Shown: positions 18,720-28,562, counted from the stretch's first letter. The stretch: DNA of 64,000 nt from an uncultured virus (IMG/VR IMGVR_UViG_3300014576_000001) (IMGVR_UViG_3300014576_000001), one strand, 5' to 3'. The notes: generated from the sequence alone by a model not told the origin. Made by a program: numbers and translations.

Positions 18720-19037
18720 ATGGCAAGCCCGCAGAAGAAATCACAAGAGCCAAAGCCGATGTCGGGAGTAGAGCGCCTGACGCTCAGGGTGTCTGGAATG
18801 GTCAACCATCCGATAGCTCAGGATCGAAAGTGGGCCAGAATTCATCGGCTCGATACCGATGGTGATCGAGAATGGGATGAAGTGATGGGCGTGCTCGCCG
18901 AGGTCGACGGAATTGAGATGACGTTCAACGATGAGGATGATTCTGTAACGCTGAGCTGGGAAGCCCCGGATGACGAAGATCCGAGAGCCCAAGATCATGG
19001 AGAATTTGATGCGGTGGAAGAGCCCGCACCTTTCTGA
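18720..19037 (+). CDS. DUF1654 family protein
   Basis: ERLTLRVSGMVNHPIAQ...IHRLDTD...W; acidic tail. Confidence 0.8.
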   Translation: MASPQKKSQEPKPMSGVERLTLRVSGMVNHPIAQDRKWARIHRLDTDGDREWDEVMGVLAEVDGIEMTFNDEDDSVTLSWEAPDDEDPRAQDHGEFDAVEEPAPF

Positions 19038-19106
19038 TGAGCACGAAAAAGCCCGCTTACTGCGGGCTGTCCGCGAGCGCGCGGACTGCTTGATATAACT
19101 CTTTAT

Positions 19107-19126
19107 TGCGACTAAAATTAGTCGCA
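19107..19126. promoter_or_regulatory. Palindrome, probable HicB operator
   Basis: TGCGACTAA-AA-TTAGTCGCA just upstream of hicA. Confidence 0.65.
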
Positions 19127-19140
19127 CATAGGGAGCCTTC

Positions 19141-19389
19141 ATGTCCAAGCAAGAAAAACTGATCGCGAAGCTGCTGAATAAGCAGGCCGGATTGACTTGG
19201 CCCGAGTTAGTTTCGCTGCTGATCGGGCTTGGGTATCGCCAGATTGAAGGAAGCGGCAGCAGGGTGAAATTCAACAACGGCAACCCGCACGCGATGATCA
19301 ACCTGCATAAGCCCCATCCGGGCAACGAAATAAAGGCATACGTCAAACGTCAGGTGATAGATCACCTAAAGGCAGGAGGATTGATCTGA
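19141..19389 (+). CDS. hicA: HicA family toxin
   Basis: GSGSRVKF, LHKPHPGNEIKAY. Confidence 0.88.
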   Translation: MSKQEKLIAKLLNKQAGLTWPELVSLLIGLGYRQIEGSGSRVKFNNGNPHAMINLHKPHPGNEIKAYVKRQVIDHLKAGGLI

Positions 19390-19730
19390 TGAGCACCATG
19401 CTGCAATACCGGGGTTACTATGGTTCCATTGAGGCCAGCCCCGAGGACAACTGCCTGTTCGGCAAGCTTCAGTTCATTCGCTCCCTTGTCAGCTATGAGG
19501 GGGAGACGGTTGCTGAATTGACCCAGGCGTTCCATGAAGCGGTAGACGATTATCTGGTCACCTGCGAGTCGCTCAAGCATGACCCGGAAATTCCGTGCAA
19601 GGGATCGTTCAACGTGAGGGTAGGGCATGACCTGCACTTGGCTGCTAGCGTGGCCGCAACGCGGCAGAGCATTTCCCTGAACGATCTGACTCGCAAGGCG
19701 CTAAGTGAGTATTTGGAGCATCACGCGTAG
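19389..19730 (+). CDS. hicB: HicB family antitoxin
   Basis: YRGYYGSI, FHEAVDDYL, KGSFNVRV, SLN. Confidence 0.9.
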   Translation: MSTMLQYRGYYGSIEASPEDNCLFGKLQFIRSLVSYEGETVAELTQAFHEAVDDYLVTCESLKHDPEIPCKGSFNVRVGHDLHLAASVAATRQSISLNDLTRKALSEYLEHHA

Positions 19731-19861
19731 GGCACAAATTGCGGGCAAAATAAAAGCCCGCGATGGGGCAGGGCCTTCCTTGGTCCTGATACCATCCCAC
19801 TTCCGTCACGTAGTTTGATTGCCGATCACAGCCCTGCTGGCGTTTACCACTATGTCGACGA

Positions 19862-20713
19862 TCACGCCTTGCGCGCATTCCAGATCAGCAGAACTTTTGC
19901 ATGGATCGTTACGTCATCAATTCGCGCCGTCTGATTCTCGTAGTGCTGGTTGTCCGATATGAGTCGATAATGCTCTTCATCCAGCCGCATCACGCGCTTG
20001 ATGTACAGCTCGTTGTGCCAGGTCAGAACGTAGATACCTTCGCCGATGAAATCCCTTACGCCTTTGTCGACAATGACCATGTCTTTGTCGTTAATCGTGC
20101 CGGCCATGCTCTCGCCCCAGCCGTTGATCATGCCAAGGGAAGTGGTGGATGTGTAAGTGACGCCTTTCTCTCGTAGGATGTCTTCGCGGACCACCAGGTT
20201 ACGCACCACCTCTTGATAGTCTGGTGGCACCTGTCCGTGCCCCATTGCGGCGCGAATGTCATATTGAGGAATGACGATTTCCTCATTGGTCGGCTTCAGG
20301 TTCGATAAGTTACTTGGAACCAAATTCACCGCCCCTTCATCGGGCTCCTTCGCGGCAGCAACGATTCGATCCCGAGCCTCGACCGACAGTCCTTTCACCT
20401 TCGCGAGCATACGTTGCACTTGATCGGCAGCTGTCGAAACTGGTTCTTCGCGCGGTGATAACGCCTTTGACACCCCAGTCGTTACGACCGATTCCGGTGT
20501 GTCCTGCGTTAAAGAATCGAACCAGCCACGAGGCAACGCTTCTATGGCTTCAATGCGTCGAGCGACATCGTCACCCAAATTCTTTGCCGTTTTTTCAGAA
20601 AGGATCTGACTGAGATGGGCAGGCGCCATCCCCCAGCGTTCAGCACACGCGCCTTTCTTCTGGGTGCCTATAAGCCTGATCAACTGCTGCTTACGAATTG
20701 CGTAGATATCCAT
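19862..20713 (-). CDS. cI: CI-like repressor (HTH plus S24 autopeptidase)
   Basis: N-terminal HTH, GESMAGTI (Ser), YIKR (Lys); divergent from cro. Confidence 0.92.
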   Translation of the reverse strand: MDIYAIRKQQLIRLIGTQKKGACAERWGMAPAHLSQILSEKTAKNLGDDVARRIEAIEALPRGWFDSLTQDTPESVVTTGVSKALSPREEPVSTAADQVQRMLAKVKGLSVEARDRIVAAAKEPDEGAVNLVPSNLSNLKPTNEEIVIPQYDIRAAMGHGQVPPDYQEVVRNLVVREDILREKGVTYTSTTSLGMINGWGESMAGTINDKDMVIVDKGVRDFIGEGIYVLTWHNELYIKRVMRLDEEHYRLISDNQHYENQTARIDDVTIHAKVLLIWNARKA

Positions 20714-20733
20714 CCGGACAAGAATGCCAGTGT

Positions 20734-20800
20734 TTAGCTCAATGCTAAATGTGCCCACAGCTAAATATTCCTTGCTCTGATATTAGCCCTAAGCTAAATT
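20734..20800. promoter_or_regulatory. OR operators and pR promoter
   Basis: TTAGC-N5-GCTAA at 20734 and 20783, degenerate site at 20750; TTGCTC-17-TAAATT. Confidence 0.8.
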
Positions 20801-20824
20801 TCTCCTATCTTTAGGAGAACCCCT

Positions 20825-21061
20825 ATGAATGAGCACTTGCGCGACTGGCTCGCCAACGCGACGCCCGACCGCCGTAAACAAGTAGCTGATGCCGCAAACA
20901 CCACTGTTGGGCACCTCTGGCAGCTCGCAGGCGGTCATCGGAAAGCTTCTGCCGAACTCGCTGAACGCCTTCAGGACGCCTCTGGTGGTGAAATCAAAAT
21001 CGCTGGCCTTCGCCCTGATCTGATCGATTTGGCTCACAAAGTTTTGCTCGGCGCTGCCTGA
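20825..21061 (+). CDS. cro: Cro-like HTH protein
   Basis: TTVGHLWQLAGGHRK...LRPDL; position opposite cI. Confidence 0.85.
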   Translation: MNEHLRDWLANATPDRRKQVADAANTTVGHLWQLAGGHRKASAELAERLQDASGGEIKIAGLRPDLIDLAHKVLLGAA

Positions 21062-21133
21062 TCTCCCTGCGACAGACACATTTTGCAATGCGTGATGGCC
21101 GTCAGCCACATAAACAAATCCGAGGTTTTAGGA

Positions 21134-21556
21134 ATGCAGGAATTTCTGAGGGCATGTGACGCAGTCGTCGAGGACGCGAACACGAAGAATCTTGCCACGC
21201 TGATGAGCTTGCCTCCGGTGAGCCTGCTCCAGCGCGCGAACGCAAATTACGACGGCGCCTGGTTCAACGTGAAGCATTTGTACGCATTGCTGCTCCATAC
21301 CGAAGACATGCGGCCCCTTCACGCGCTTGCGGGTGAGTTTGGCTATGTGGTCGTTAAGACCGATGCGCCGGTTGCGATCGATATCCATCAGGCCCTGGGC
21401 CGTGCCGCGCTTGAGTTCGCCGAAGTAACGGTGGAGACGCATAGCGCAATGGCTGACGGCCGCGTTGACCAAGTTGAGCGCGCGCGAATTCTTCGCGAAA
21501 TCGACCACGCCGAACGGGCGCTGGCGCAACTGAAAGCATCCGTGAAGGTGGCCTGA
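21134..21556 (+). CDS. CII-family phage regulatory protein
   Basis: Position after cro; AMADGRVDQVERARI motif. Confidence 0.75.
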   Translation: MQEFLRACDAVVEDANTKNLATLMSLPPVSLLQRANANYDGAWFNVKHLYALLLHTEDMRPLHALAGEFGYVVVKTDAPVAIDIHQALGRAALEFAEVTVETHSAMADGRVDQVERARILREIDHAERALAQLKASVKVA

Positions 21557-21967
21557 ATGAACCGGGAAGAATTTTATCGGCTAGCCCTTTCAACTGGATG
21601 GCTCCATAACCCTGACATGTGCGGCGGCATTTCCGAGGGCGACAGGGAAATCGCAGTAAAAGCCATCGCAGGTCGGGCCACGGGTACCCCTGCAGAAGCG
21701 GCCGCTCAGATCTTGTCTGGGATAGCCGCTTTAGATGCTGGCCCGAACAAGCCAGTAGTAGTGCGTTGGCCGAAAGGTTTCGACGAGCACGACTCTCTCA
21801 TCAAGCGCTCGGAATGGCACGCTTCAGAGGCTCGCAGGTTGATGGAAAACCATCGGTTTTTTGCAGACCGATTCAAGGGCCTCGGCGGGTTTCTGTCGGA
21901 TCAAGGTCCAGCCCCGTTATCCGAAAGTACACCGCATCAACCCGATACGAATGCGCCGGACGCCTGA
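21557..21967 (+). CDS. Hypothetical protein
   Basis: 136-aa ORF abutting the cII-like gene. Confidence 0.5.
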   Translation: MNREEFYRLALSTGWLHNPDMCGGISEGDREIAVKAIAGRATGTPAEAAAQILSGIAALDAGPNKPVVVRWPKGFDEHDSLIKRSEWHASEARRLMENHRFFADRFKGLGGFLSDQGPAPLSESTPHQPDTNAPDA

Positions 21968-22030
21968 ATCGCGGACACAAAAAAGCCGGGCTGCAACCCG
22001 GCTCTTTCAACAACACATGTGAGGCCGATT

Positions 22031-22768
22031 ATGCACACAGCCACCAACCAGAGCAATAGCCCGCCAAGCGCGTCAGGTTTTCCGATCTATCAAAACCTGA
22101 CGCATCAGGTGATGTCGTCGCGCGAGATCGCCGAGCTGACTGGCAAGCGTCACGACAACGTCAAGCGCACCATCGATACGTTGGTCAGCGACCGGGTGAT
22201 CAGTTCTCCTCAGATTGAGGAATACCCCGCCAGCGTTGGCCGTCCAGGGAAACACTACCTGATCGGCAAGCGTGACAGCTTCGTTGTCGTCGCCCAACTC
22301 AGTCCCGAATTCACCGCGCGCTTGGTTGACCGCTGGCAGGAACTGGAAGAGCAGGCTGCCCCGCGCATCCCCGCGAACTACGCCGAGGCCCTGCAGCTCG
22401 CCGCCGATCAGGCCCGTGAGAATACCCGCCTGCTGGGCGTGATCGAGCTTCAGGCGCCGAAGGTCGCAGCCATCAAACGTTTGGCCGCTGCCGAAGGCGC
22501 TATCTGTATTACCGATGCCGCCAAACAGCTTGGAATGCCTCCGTCGAAGCTCTTTGACTGGATGCTGGAGAACCGCTGGATATACCGCCGTGGCGGCTCT
22601 ACCCTGTGGATTGCCCGTGAACCGCGCATCCGCTCCGGTTACCTCAAACACAAAGTGACTGCACTCAAGCCAGACATCGAAACCGGTATTGAGCGCGCAG
22701 CATTTCAGCCGCTTGTCACGCCGAAGGGCTTGATCCGCCTGGCTGAGCTTCTACAGGAGGGCAAGTAA
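22031..22768 (+). CDS. Rha/ANT (KilAC) antirepressor-like protein
   Basis: MSSREIAELTGKRHDNVKR; ITDAAKQL; VTPKG. Confidence 0.88.
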   Translation: MHTATNQSNSPPSASGFPIYQNLTHQVMSSREIAELTGKRHDNVKRTIDTLVSDRVISSPQIEEYPASVGRPGKHYLIGKRDSFVVVAQLSPEFTARLVDRWQELEEQAAPRIPANYAEALQLAADQARENTRLLGVIELQAPKVAAIKRLAAAEGAICITDAAKQLGMPPSKLFDWMLENRWIYRRGGSTLWIAREPRIRSGYLKHKVTALKPDIETGIERAAFQPLVTPKGLIRLAELLQEGK

Positions 22769-23508
22769 TGGCCCGTATCCGCTCAATAAAACCCGAGTTC
22801 TGGACCAGTGAGCAGGTAATGGAGTGCAGTCCGCTTGCTCGCCTGCTGTTCATCGGTATCTGGAATTTCTGTGACGACGCCGGCAATCACCCGCTGTCGC
22901 CAAAAACTCTGAAAGCACTGGTGTTTCCAGGTGACGACGTCACATCCACTCAGGTAGCCGGACTGGTCGACGAACTGGAGTCGAATGGTCTGCTATCAAT
23001 CTACGCCCATTCGGCGAAGCTCTATCTACACGTCAACGGCTGGCATCACCAGAAGATCGACAAGCCCACAATCAAGCACCCTGCTTTCACTGCACCGATC
23101 ACCGATGAGTCGTCGAATGCTCCGCGACAACTCGACGAGCAGTCGTCGAACAGTAGCGGAGGCCTCCCCCCCGGAGTGGAAGGGGAAGGGAAGGGAGAAT
23201 CTACACACTCTGCGCGCGGACCATTTGCGATGTCGCTCGACTGGGCCCCCGACGCTGATTTGGTGAAGGCCTACGCAACCCGAGCGGGGTTATGCGTCAC
23301 CCTGTTCACCCGAGAGGCGATCGCCGGTTTCGTGTTGCATCACGAAGCGAAGGGGCTCGCTCAAACCGAGAAGCAGTGGATCGCTGCCTTGGTCGGCTGG
23401 GTAAAGCGAGACAAGGCGAACGGCGCCCGGGTGGTTCCGTTTCCCCCGCGCGGGGGTGGACCTGATTTTGACGACACCAGCTGGGCCCACGATCTGGGAG
23501 CGCTTTGA
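22768..23508 (+). CDS. Replication initiator (O-like, DnaT-type C-terminal domain)
   Basis: MARIRSIKPEFW, NFCDDAG, WHHQKIDKP, FAMSLDWAP. Confidence 0.8.
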   Translation: MARIRSIKPEFWTSEQVMECSPLARLLFIGIWNFCDDAGNHPLSPKTLKALVFPGDDVTSTQVAGLVDELESNGLLSIYAHSAKLYLHVNGWHHQKIDKPTIKHPAFTAPITDESSNAPRQLDEQSSNSSGGLPPGVEGEGKGESTHSARGPFAMSLDWAPDADLVKAYATRAGLCVTLFTREAIAGFVLHHEAKGLAQTEKQWIAALVGWVKRDKANGARVVPFPPRGGGPDFDDTSWAHDLGAL

Positions 23509-24275
23509 TGAGCGTTGCGAAGAAGCCCCCGGTCAAACACGTCACCTCGATCATGTCGGTCATGGGCAACCTGCCGCCTGTGATCCCCGCCGTGCCAACC
23601 GAACTGCCGCCGGGCACCGCGGAAGTTGTGAACACGCTGTTTCGCGAGTTGCAGGCGATCTTCCCGGCGTGGAAGCAAGCTTGGCCCGATGCCGCAACGC
23701 TGGCCTCTGCGAAGCGGAGTTGGATCAAGGCGTTCATGGCCGAGGGCATCACCCAGCTTGAACAGATCCGTTACGGCATCCAGAACTGCCGCAGGCTCGG
23801 CGGCGACTTCGCCCCCAGTGTCGGCAAGTTCATCAAGTGGTGCCAGCCCACGCCGGAGATGCTGGGCATCCCCTCCCATGACGTCGCGTTCCGCGAAGCA
23901 TTGGAGAACTCACACCCGAGCCGCTCGGCTTCACGGATCTGGTCCCACCCTGCCGTTCGGCACGCGGCGCTGCAATGCGAGCTGCATAACTTGGCGGACC
24001 TAGCGTCAGCAAATGCCAGCGAGATTTTCGACCGTGCCTACGACATCACCATTCGAATGCTGGTGCAGGGGCAACCGCTTGACGAGGTCGCCGTGGGCAT
24101 CGGGCACGACAGCCAGAAAAGTGAAATGGAGCTCGCAGTTGAGGAAGGAGAGCGCTTCATCCACGCGACCATGCGCCGTCAGGGTGTTCCACCAGACGGG
24201 CAGGCGGCGCGTGCCCAGTTGCTGGCGAAGATGAAGCTCAAGCGCGGGTGCCGTGCTGAACCGGGGAGGACATGA
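23508..24275 (+). CDS. Replication protein P (helicase loader-like)
   Basis: FRELQAIFPAW, FAPSVGKFIKWC, WSHPAV. Confidence 0.85.
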   Translation: MSVAKKPPVKHVTSIMSVMGNLPPVIPAVPTELPPGTAEVVNTLFRELQAIFPAWKQAWPDAATLASAKRSWIKAFMAEGITQLEQIRYGIQNCRRLGGDFAPSVGKFIKWCQPTPEMLGIPSHDVAFREALENSHPSRSASRIWSHPAVRHAALQCELHNLADLASANASEIFDRAYDITIRMLVQGQPLDEVAVGIGHDSQKSEMELAVEEGERFIHATMRRQGVPPDGQAARAQLLAKMKLKRGCRAEPGRT

Positions 24276-24276
24276 A

Positions 24277-24645
24277 TTGAAAGATTTCATCGAGGTTACG
24301 ACTGACGCATTGACCGGTCCCGCGCTGGATTGGGCTGTCGCTCGCGCGGCGGGAATAAGCGTTGAGCTTGCAGCACCGCAGTACGGCGCACCATGGCGGC
24401 CTTTCTTGCCCGATACCGGGGCTCGCTTCGCTCCGACCGTCAATTGGGAACAGACCGGGCCTCTACTGGAAGCGCACAAGATCGGTAGCGGTCCAGTCGG
24501 CAACGGTTGGGTCGCGTACCCGCGCCGGAGTAATGCGCCTACCGACTTGCTTCATGCCCCTTCGGCGCTTGTCGCGATCTGCCGCGCCGTTGTAGCTGAC
24601 AAGCTGGGCCTCGTCGTCGGTATCCCTGCGGAGTTGGCCCAATGA
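24277..24645 (+). CDS. NinX/DUF2591 family protein
   Basis: LTGPALDWAVA, PTVNWEQTGPL, LVAICRAVV. Confidence 0.8.
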   Translation: MKDFIEVTTDALTGPALDWAVARAAGISVELAAPQYGAPWRPFLPDTGARFAPTVNWEQTGPLLEAHKIGSGPVGNGWVAYPRRSNAPTDLLHAPSALVAICRAVVADKLGLVVGIPAELAQ

Positions 24646-24745
24646 TCACCTTCCTCGTCGCCGCGCTGCATTGCACGTTCGCACTGCTGGAGAACGCATA
24701 CACCCATCAGGTGCCGCCGGCTGAATACCAATTCGGAGGTGTCCT

Positions 24746-25048
24746 GTGAGGCAAACCAAGTTGACCAAGGCCGCACGCGGCCGAGATTGTCAGGTTCGGG
24801 TACCGGGTGTGTGCAATGGCGATCCGGAGACTACCGTCCTTGCACATTTCCGCCTGAGCGGCACACGTTGTGGCGCTGGACTGAAGCCTCACGACTTACA
24901 GGCCGCCTGGGCTTGTTCGGCTTGTCATGACGCCGTTGATGCGCGCAGCAAGACTGAGTTCAGCCGCGACGAATTGCGCGTCATGCACATGGAAGGCGTG
25001 GTGAGGACCATCGACATCCTGATCAGCGAAGGGAAGGTGGCAGCGTGA
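24746..25048 (+). CDS. DUF1364 family putative nuclease
   Basis: ARGRDCQVRVPGVC, TVLAH, WACSACHD. Confidence 0.85.
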   Translation: MRQTKLTKAARGRDCQVRVPGVCNGDPETTVLAHFRLSGTRCGAGLKPHDLQAAWACSACHDAVDARSKTEFSRDELRVMHMEGVVRTIDILISEGKVAA

Positions 25049-25476
25049 TCGGGGTCAAGCTCAAAGCCTTCAAACCCAAGAAGGCCCGCGCCCCGCGAGT
25101 GGATCGCGAAGGGTTGGAGCAAGCTGCACTGATGCGGGAGCTGGCGTTGTCCCTGCCGAACATTTTCGACCTGATCTACCACGTCCCGAACGGTGGGCAG
25201 CGTCACAAGGCCGTGGCTGCGAAGCTGAAAGAACAGGGCGTCAAGGCGGGGGTGCCTGATCTGGTGTTACCGATGGCCCGTGGCGGGTATTTCGGCCTGT
25301 ACCTGGAATTCAAGGCCACTCCGCCAAACGACGCCCCGGTTTCATCCAGCCAGTACGCGTGTATCCGCCGCCTGAACGAGCAGGGCTATCTCGCCATCGT
25401 GTGCCGGGGCCACTTCGACGCCATGGAAAGCATCCGGGCGTATCTCAAACTTCCTGTGACCGTGGTGGCTGCATGA
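25045..25476 (+). CDS. VRR-NUC domain nuclease
   Basis: HVPNGG, GVKAGVPDL, LYLEFK. Confidence 0.88.
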   Translation: MIGVKLKAFKPKKARAPRVDREGLEQAALMRELALSLPNIFDLIYHVPNGGQRHKAVAAKLKEQGVKAGVPDLVLPMARGGYFGLYLEFKATPPNDAPVSSSQYACIRRLNEQGYLAIVCRGHFDAMESIRAYLKLPVTVVAA

Positions 25477-26753
25477 GCAAGACCCTGACCGTCAATCTGT
25501 CCGACGCCGAGATTCGTCGCCACGTCGATAATCCTGGTGTCCGTGATTTGCGTGATGCCCGGCAGCCCGCGTTCCGCTTCCGCTTCAAGCAGGACCGGAA
25601 CCGTGGCTCCTGGTATCTGGTGGTGGGCAGCAAATGGAACAAGATCGCTAATTTCCCGGATCTCAACACCAAGGCGATTCTGGCGGTGCTGCCGGACGTG
25701 CGAGCCCGCTTCGCGGGGACGCCTGACGCTTCTGCTGCGGTAGGCACCTGGCAGACCGTGGGCGAGCTGCTGGCGTGGTTCGATGACCGCATGGGCCGCG
25801 ACCGCAACTTGTCGGCCAAGCGCAAGTCGACCGCGCGTTCGGCGATGAGCAAGCACCTACGGCCGCGCTTGAGCGATCTGCCGCTGGCATCAGTAACGAA
25901 ATCGGAGATCGACCAGCGCCTGATGTGGCCATTGCAGGCTGAGCTTTCGCTGGAGTACCTGCGGCTGATCTTCCGCCTGTTGGTGCTGGCCTTCAAACAG
26001 GCTGCCCGGCTCGGGCACATCACCACCAACCCGATGAACGCCATCCGTTTCGGTGACTTCTCGAAGACGAAGATCAAGCCCAAGGCGGCCCGGTTGCGTG
26101 ATGTGCAGGTCGAGGGCGTGCTGGCGAACCTTGGCGAACGCTTCGCCGCAGCGCCCGGTGACGCCATGCTGGCCCTGATGATGCTCTGCCACGGCACCCG
26201 TGTGGGCGAAACCCGGCCGGCATCGTGGCGCGACCTCAGTCTTGATGACCGGCAGTGGTTCATCCCAGCCAGCCACACGAAGACACGTGCCGAACTGACC
26301 CTGCCGCTGACTGATCAGGTCTGTGCGTTGCTCAAGCGTTATCACGCCATCCAGCGCGCCCTGGGCTACGAGGGTGTCTACCTATTCCCCGGTCGGACCG
26401 GTAAGCCGCTCGGCGAGAGCCAGGCCTGCGCCGTGTTCACCCGGCTGGGGCGCGGCGAGTGGACCAGTCATGACCTGCGCAAAGTTGCCCGTACGGCCTG
26501 GGTGGATCTGGGCGTCGACTTCCTGATCGGCGAACTGCTGATCAACCACACCATGGGCCAAAACGTTAAGACCTACATCCATTCTTGGGTTGAGGCGGGC
26601 AAGCGTGACGCGTTGGAGAAGTGGCACGCATGGCTTGACGCGCGCGGTTTCGCAGCCATCCACACCATTGCCGAGCCATTACGCGAAGTTTCGCTTAATC
26701 CAGTACAGACCACGAGTGGCGTGGCTTCCAGCCATTTCCCGGACAAACCATAG
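25473..26753 (+). CDS. Second tyrosine recombinase within the pR operon
   Basis: GTRVGE, HTKT, HDLRK, LINH, TYIH catalytic set. Confidence 0.88.
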   Translation: MSKTLTVNLSDAEIRRHVDNPGVRDLRDARQPAFRFRFKQDRNRGSWYLVVGSKWNKIANFPDLNTKAILAVLPDVRARFAGTPDASAAVGTWQTVGELLAWFDDRMGRDRNLSAKRKSTARSAMSKHLRPRLSDLPLASVTKSEIDQRLMWPLQAELSLEYLRLIFRLLVLAFKQAARLGHITTNPMNAIRFGDFSKTKIKPKAARLRDVQVEGVLANLGERFAAAPGDAMLALMMLCHGTRVGETRPASWRDLSLDDRQWFIPASHTKTRAELTLPLTDQVCALLKRYHAIQRALGYEGVYLFPGRTGKPLGESQACAVFTRLGRGEWTSHDLRKVARTAWVDLGVDFLIGELLINHTMGQNVKTYIHSWVEAGKRDALEKWHAWLDARGFAAIHTIAEPLREVSLNPVQTTSGVASSHFPDKP

Positions 26754-26766
26754 GCGAGGTTTCAAA

Positions 26767-26979
26767 ATGATGATCATGGTCGATCCGCGCCGACACATCG
26801 CGGTCCATCCGGGGGATATCAGTGCGATGAGGATCGCTCGGGAGTTGGGAAGCCAGGGTGAGTGCTTGGTCATCCATCTTGCCAACGGGCACGAGCTCAA
26901 GGTCTGGGAGTACTTCGACAACAAGTCTCGGCTGGACCTGCGCGCTGTGCATGAGCGACTGATGGAGGCCTGCAAGTGA
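26767..26979 (+). CDS. Small phage protein
   Basis: 70-aa ORF coupled to the next gene. Confidence 0.55.
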   Translation: MMIMVDPRRHIAVHPGDISAMRIARELGSQGECLVIHLANGHELKVWEYFDNKSRLDLRAVHERLMEACK

Positions 26980-27290
26980 AAAAGAACCACGGCCCATCGT
27001 TCCGGCGCGAGCTGAAGCCGCTGATGGTGTGCGGCACCTGTCGCGGCGCCACGGTCACGCCTGGCGTCTTCCACCAGATCGATTGCTTTAAATGCAACGC
27101 TTCCGGCTGGGTCTGCGCCGAGACAGGGGAAGCGCTCCCAGTTGAGGTCATGGTTCAGCAACTCAGCATGCGACTGCGCAATGTCACTGCTGAGCTGTCA
27201 CGGTCGCGCCTATCCATCGGCGGCGCCCATGAACAATACGAACAGAACAATCGTCTGGGCCCAGGCGGCAGCAATTACACAGGGGACTGA
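26976..27290 (+). CDS. Zinc-finger phage protein
   Basis: CGTCRG...CFKCNASG. Confidence 0.7.
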   Translation: MKKNHGPSFRRELKPLMVCGTCRGATVTPGVFHQIDCFKCNASGWVCAETGEALPVEVMVQQLSMRLRNVTAELSRSRLSIGGAHEQYEQNNRLGPGGSNYTGD

Positions 27291-27292
27291 GC

Positions 27293-27676
27293 ATGAACAC
27301 ACGTAAACCGTTACATCGCCCGCTGGGCGACACTGAGTACATGCTCGAGCAGTGGGGCTGGTGGCGCATGGATGGAATGGGCGTTCCCGGCTATCTGTCG
27401 CCCGCTCTCGCAATCATGAGGGACGTGACCCCATCCGCGACAAAGTCGTATGTCATCACTGACGAGCTTGCCGGCGTTGTGGATGGTGCCGTTGCCAGAC
27501 TTTGCCGCCGTGATGCCCAGATGGGCGATATGATCTGGCTGTACTACGGCGCGAAGTGGCCTGCGGTGCGCGTGGGTCGCCAGTATGGCGTCAGCGAGAT
27601 GAAGGCGCGGGAGCTGATCAAGGCCGGAGTGGCTTGGATCGATTGCGCCTTGGAAACACTCAAGGCGGCAGCGTAA
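27293..27676 (+). CDS. Antiterminator Q family protein
   Basis: LEQWGWW, ITD...VDGAVARL, AGVAWID; last early gene. Confidence 0.85.
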   Translation: MNTRKPLHRPLGDTEYMLEQWGWWRMDGMGVPGYLSPALAIMRDVTPSATKSYVITDELAGVVDGAVARLCRRDAQMGDMIWLYYGAKWPAVRVGRQYGVSEMKARELIKAGVAWIDCALETLKAAA

Positions 27677-27752
27677 AAAACAGTTGTCCATATGGAATAG
27701 CTCTGTTTTCATGCCACGGTGTTCAGCTGATTCAGCGCGACACCCCTATTCA

Positions 27753-27780
27753 AAGCCCCGCTACCGTGCGGGGCTTTTGT
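27753..27780 (+). terminator. Intrinsic terminator after the putative late promoter (tR'-like)
   Basis: AAGCCCCGC-TACCGT-GCGGGGCTT then TTGT. Confidence 0.7.
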
Positions 27781-27857
27781 ATCTGGCGAGGTCAATGCTC
27801 TGATGATCTAACAGCGAGCCGATGTGTCGTACTCCATTGCTGGGCGCCGACCTGCGC

Positions 27858-28082
27858 TTATGTTTGAAACCATTCCACGTCTGTAATCCCAAATCGCTCA
27901 GCTTGAGGCTTGCTCAATTTGGTAGCGGGGTCGGAGCGGTATTTGGGCAACTGGCCAAATCCGGCGTCGACTGAAGCCCAATGCCAGGCCTCGGCATTGT
28001 CCATTTTCGCGGCTCGGATGTAGAAAGTTTTGTAGGCACCGTCGAGTAGGTAGTTGATTCGGTAATGATGTTCCTGTGCCAT
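27858..28082 (-). CDS. Small cargo protein (DUF6555-like)
   Basis: YRINYLLDG...MDNAEAWHWASVDAG; AAGGAG RBS. Confidence 0.65.
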   Translation of the reverse strand: MAQEHHYRINYLLDGAYKTFYIRAAKMDNAEAWHWASVDAGFGQLPKYRSDPATKLSKPQAERFGITDVEWFQT

Positions 28083-28239
28083 TTGCAGAGCTCCTTGGCG
28101 TGGTGGTCACTCCAGATCAAGGATTATTCTTCAGGAAAAAAATTCCGTCGGAATTACAGGAGGCTGCGCGCGCCTATTCAAGCGCGTGGCGGTCTATTGA
28201 CGGTTCGATACAGACGGATGCTTTCAGCCGACAAGCAGG

Positions 28240-28521
28240 TCATGAATTGTCGGCTTCGAACTCGACTGCGGCACCCATCTGACGCATTTGTTCGTACAAA
28301 GCATCGAGCTGATCGTCGGCCAGCGTGAGTCGAGCGGCGATGAAGAACAGCATCTGCGCGCTGAGTTCACGAGGGCTGGCCCCGCCGGTGTACTTGCGCC
28401 ATTGACGACCATCAGACAAACCAGCGATCGCAGCCATCTCATTACCGGTTTTGTTCAGCTTTCCCTTAAGCGCTTCCAGGTCGGACGTTGATGGTGGGGT
28501 GTAGTGCTTGATTATTTTCAT
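28240..28521 (-). CDS. KorC/Xre-like HTH repressor
   Basis: YTPPS...TGNEMAAIAGLSDGRQWRKYTGG. Confidence 0.7.
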   Translation of the reverse strand: MKIIKHYTPPSTSDLEALKGKLNKTGNEMAAIAGLSDGRQWRKYTGGASPRELSAQMLFFIAARLTLADDQLDALYEQMRQMGAAVEFEADNS

Positions 28522-28562
28522 GTCGGCCTTATGAGAAACCCCGCTTTCGCGGGGTTCTAGAA

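Noticed and set aside
25473..26753. Invertase for a tail-fibre shufflon
   Set aside because: No inverted repeats or alternative fibre cassettes seen; the gene is ~21 kb from the fibre
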